Source: an uncultured Candidatus Saccharibacteria bacterium (lineage in GTDB: Bacteria > Patescibacteriota > Minisyncoccia > Phycocordibacterales > Phycocordibacteraceae). Taken from it: a DNA stretch of 56,444 nt. Each line of letters starts with the position of its first letter. Position 1 is the first letter of the stretch. A program made the translations under genes and the position numbers. Positions 54,620 through 56,444 of the stretch are shown here, piece after piece. The notes beneath the pieces were generated by a model. It was not told where the DNA came from. It did not search any database and worked only from the letters and a program-made list of their open reading frames with translations. The stretch lies in assembly GCA_964615225.1 (NCBI GenBank), contig CAZTMV010000001.1, positions 1 to 56,444 on the forward strand, given 5' to 3'.

Positions 54620-55084
54620 ATGAAAAGCGCATTCTGGAATATCGTGTTCGGCCTGTTTTTCGCGGCAATCGTCATTAAGGGCTCGCTGTGGCTCACCGAC
54701 GGCGGGCAATCGTTCCCGCTTCTGCCAAACTACGAGGATTACATTCTGATGTCGCTTGCGATCTTCCGCCTGATCCGCCTCACGAGCTATGACGTCATCA
54801 CGAAGTTCATTCGTGATGGAGTTGCGGCCGCTCCGCGCGACTCATTCCTCGGCACCTTCTCCCAGTTGTTGAACTGTCCGTGGTGCACCGGCCTCTGGTT
54901 CTCGTTCTTCGTCGTGTTTGCGTACTACGCAACCCCGGTCGCGTATCCGGTCATCATTATTCTCGCGCTTGCGGGCGTCGCGTCGTTGTTCCAGGTATTT
55001 GCGAACCTGATCGGTTGGTACGCGGAAGGGAAGAAGCGGGAAGTGCAGGGCTCGTCTGAACCCTCTGTGACGAAGTGCGGATAA
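54620..55084 (+). CDS. DUF1360-like membrane protein
   Basis: Four hydrophobic segments; LNCPWCTGLWFSF motif. Confidence 0.5.
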   Translation: MKSAFWNIVFGLFFAAIVIKGSLWLTDGGQSFPLLPNYEDYILMSLAIFRLIRLTSYDVITKFIRDGVAAAPRDSFLGTFSQLLNCPWCTGLWFSFFVVFAYYATPVAYPVIIILALAGVASLFQVFANLIGWYAEGKKREVQGSSEPSVTKCG

Positions 55085-55116
55085 AAGAAAAAACCCAGCG
55101 CATGCTGGGTTTTTTC
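55085..55116. terminator. bidirectional terminator
   Basis: AAAGAAAAAAcccagc-gcat-gctgggTTTTTT. Confidence 0.8.
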
Positions 55117-55130
55117 TTGAGGGACCGGTT

Positions 55131-55493
55131 TTAGTAGCCGCCGGAGAAACCGCCGCGGTCGTTGCCGTAACCGCCGCGATCACCACCGCCGAAGCCGCCG
55201 CGACCACCGCCGAAACCGCCATCGCGGCGCGGAGGACGCTCGCCCTGCGGACGTGCGAAGGAAACTGAGAGCATGCGGCCCTCGAACTCCTTGCCATCCC
55301 AGCGATCGATCGCTGCCTGTGCAGAAGCCTCATCAGCCATCTCCACGAAGCCGAATCCGCGTGAGCGGTTCGTCATGCGATCCATAATAATGCTTGCCGA
55401 CGTAACCTGTCCTACCTCCTCGAAAGCAGTGCGGAGACTGTCTTCAGTGGTGGAGTATGGGATACCGCCGATATACAACTTGGTGTTAGCCAT
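55131..55493 (-). CDS. RRM-type RNA-binding protein with Gly/Arg-rich tail
   Basis: KLYIGGIPY (RNP2), RGFGFVEM (RNP1), C-terminal GGFGGGRGGFGGGDRGGYGNDRGGFSGGY. Confidence 0.9.
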   Translation of the reverse strand: MANTKLYIGGIPYSTTEDSLRTAFEEVGQVTSASIIMDRMTNRSRGFGFVEMADEASAQAAIDRWDGKEFEGRMLSVSFARPQGERPPRRDGGFGGGRGGFGGGDRGGYGNDRGGFSGGY

Positions 55494-55631
55494 GCGTGAA
55501 CGTGATTTATTAACTCTCGCTGAGATACCGAACGCTTTGGGGGCTCGAGACGACTGCGAGTCACCTCTATTATGCTATAGAGTTGCAAAAATAACAAGGA
55601 TTTGGTAGGGCGGTGTGGATTAGCAGGATAC

Positions 55632-55660
55632 TTGACAGTAGTTTAATAATATGGTAATCT
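55632..55660 (+). promoter_or_regulatory. canonical promoter TTGACA-17-TAATCT
   Basis: TTGACA 55632-55637 and TAATCT 55655-55660, upstream of AGGAGG-led ATG 55688. Confidence 0.6.
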
Positions 55661-55687
55661 GTGATCTGGAAGAAAGGAGGTGGACCC

Positions 55688-55978
55688 ATGTCTGAAGTGG
55701 TTCACACAGTTCGATACACCATCGTCCGAGGTTCACGAGCGAACAAGTGGGCAATGCGAGAATTGTTTCTCACAAACTGTGCCGGCGCTGCTGGCTTAGC
55801 AGCACTGGTGCTGGGTATTGTGGCAGGCACGTTCGGCGCTCCCGCGTTCGTTTCAAACATCCTCGACTTTCTTTTCGCCGCCGGCATCATCGGCTTCGTG
55901 GTCGGTCTTTGCCTCTTCTTCGTCTTGGGCCTGCTACTACCGCGGGAACACTACGAAGAGAGAGTCGATCACGCCTAA
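55688..55978 (+). CDS. hypothetical two-TM membrane protein
   Basis: 96 aa, SD AAAGGAGG 6 nt upstream, terminator-like hairpin aacgggcgca..tgcgcccgtt downstream. Confidence 0.45.
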   Translation: MSEVVHTVRYTIVRGSRANKWAMRELFLTNCAGAAGLAALVLGIVAGTFGAPAFVSNILDFLFAAGIIGFVVGLCLFFVLGLLLPREHYEERVDHA

Positions 55979-56110
55979 GTCAAGCATATCGGCGACGCCA
56001 ACGGGCGCATTCGTATACGTACGGGTGCGCCCGTTTTCAATACTTGACTTTAATGTCATATATGGTATTATGTAGGTCGTTGCTCGAAAGAGCGTACTAA
56101 GGGGCTGAAC

Positions 56111-56444
56111 ATGAAAATGTTCTCATTGATCCTTGCAACGCTGTTTGCGATTCTCTGCGTGGCGTCGGCAGCAGTCGGCGCATACGGCACGATCGCGATC
56201 TTCTCCATCAGCGAGGTTCCGCCGGCGGTCGCCAACGTGTTGGTGGTCGCAGGTTTCGGACTCTGCCTGATGCTCGGGTTCGTCTCGTGGATCTTCTATT
56301 CGGTCCTCGGCGACGGCGCGAGCGATCGCGACATCCGCTTTGGTGTGGGTGTGCCGGTTACGTTTGCCGGCGCAGTGCTCATGTATGTTGGCTCTTCGCC
56401 GGAATTTTCGTGGGGATCCGTTCTCCTCGTGTTCGGCATGATCG
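56111..56444 (+). CDS. hypothetical polytopic membrane protein (5' part, runs off the right edge)
   Basis: MKMFSLILATLFAILCVASAAVGAYGTIAIF..., SD AAGGGG. The frame is open to the window end. Confidence 0.4.
   Translation, partial: MKMFSLILATLFAILCVASAAVGAYGTIAIFSISEVPPAVANVLVVAGFGLCLMLGFVSWIFYSVLGDGASDRDIRFGVGVPVTFAGAVLMYVGSSPEFSWGSVLLVFGMI

Overview
This is a 56.4-kb, GC-rich, gene-dense bacterial chromosomal segment dominated by information-processing genes: rpmE-prfA-rpsB-tsf, tRNA-Thr(UGU), pheST, gyrB, thrS, dnaE, rnhB, rpmF, a nusB-Nudix fusion, rnc, smc, rnr, rpsP-KH-trmD, rpoBC, dnaG-rpoD, hisS and prmC. Many core proteins are domain-minimised. PheS, PheT and ThrRS are reduced to core domains, SMC is only 734 aa, and RpoB is short. 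Others carry charged tails (RpoD, L32, S16). This fits a reduced-genome lineage such as CPR/Patescibacteria, but that placement is inference only. I found no rRNA, CRISPR array, transposase or integrase. Accessory content sits between the housekeeping blocks: (1) a sortase locus with an LPYTG-anchored, extremely Tyr-rich repeat protein and two orphan secreted proteins; (2) several small membrane peptides; (3) an orphan Mu Gam-like gene; (4) a beta-carbonic-anhydrase-like protein next to a PD-(D/E)XK nuclease. The most striking signal lies upstream of thrS. A canonical promoter drives a 12-codon ORF with six consecutive Thr codons (MAFRTTTTTTAL), followed by alternative pairing segments and an intrinsic terminator. 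This looks like a ribosome-mediated attenuator controlling a tRNA synthetase gene. A second window-wide pattern is that most core genes have a -10 box 6-10 nt upstream of the ATG and no Shine-Dalgarno, implying leaderless mRNAs, whereas orphan and accessory genes carry strong SD sites. All calls come from reading the sequence and the ORF translations by eye. No searches or folding calculations were run.
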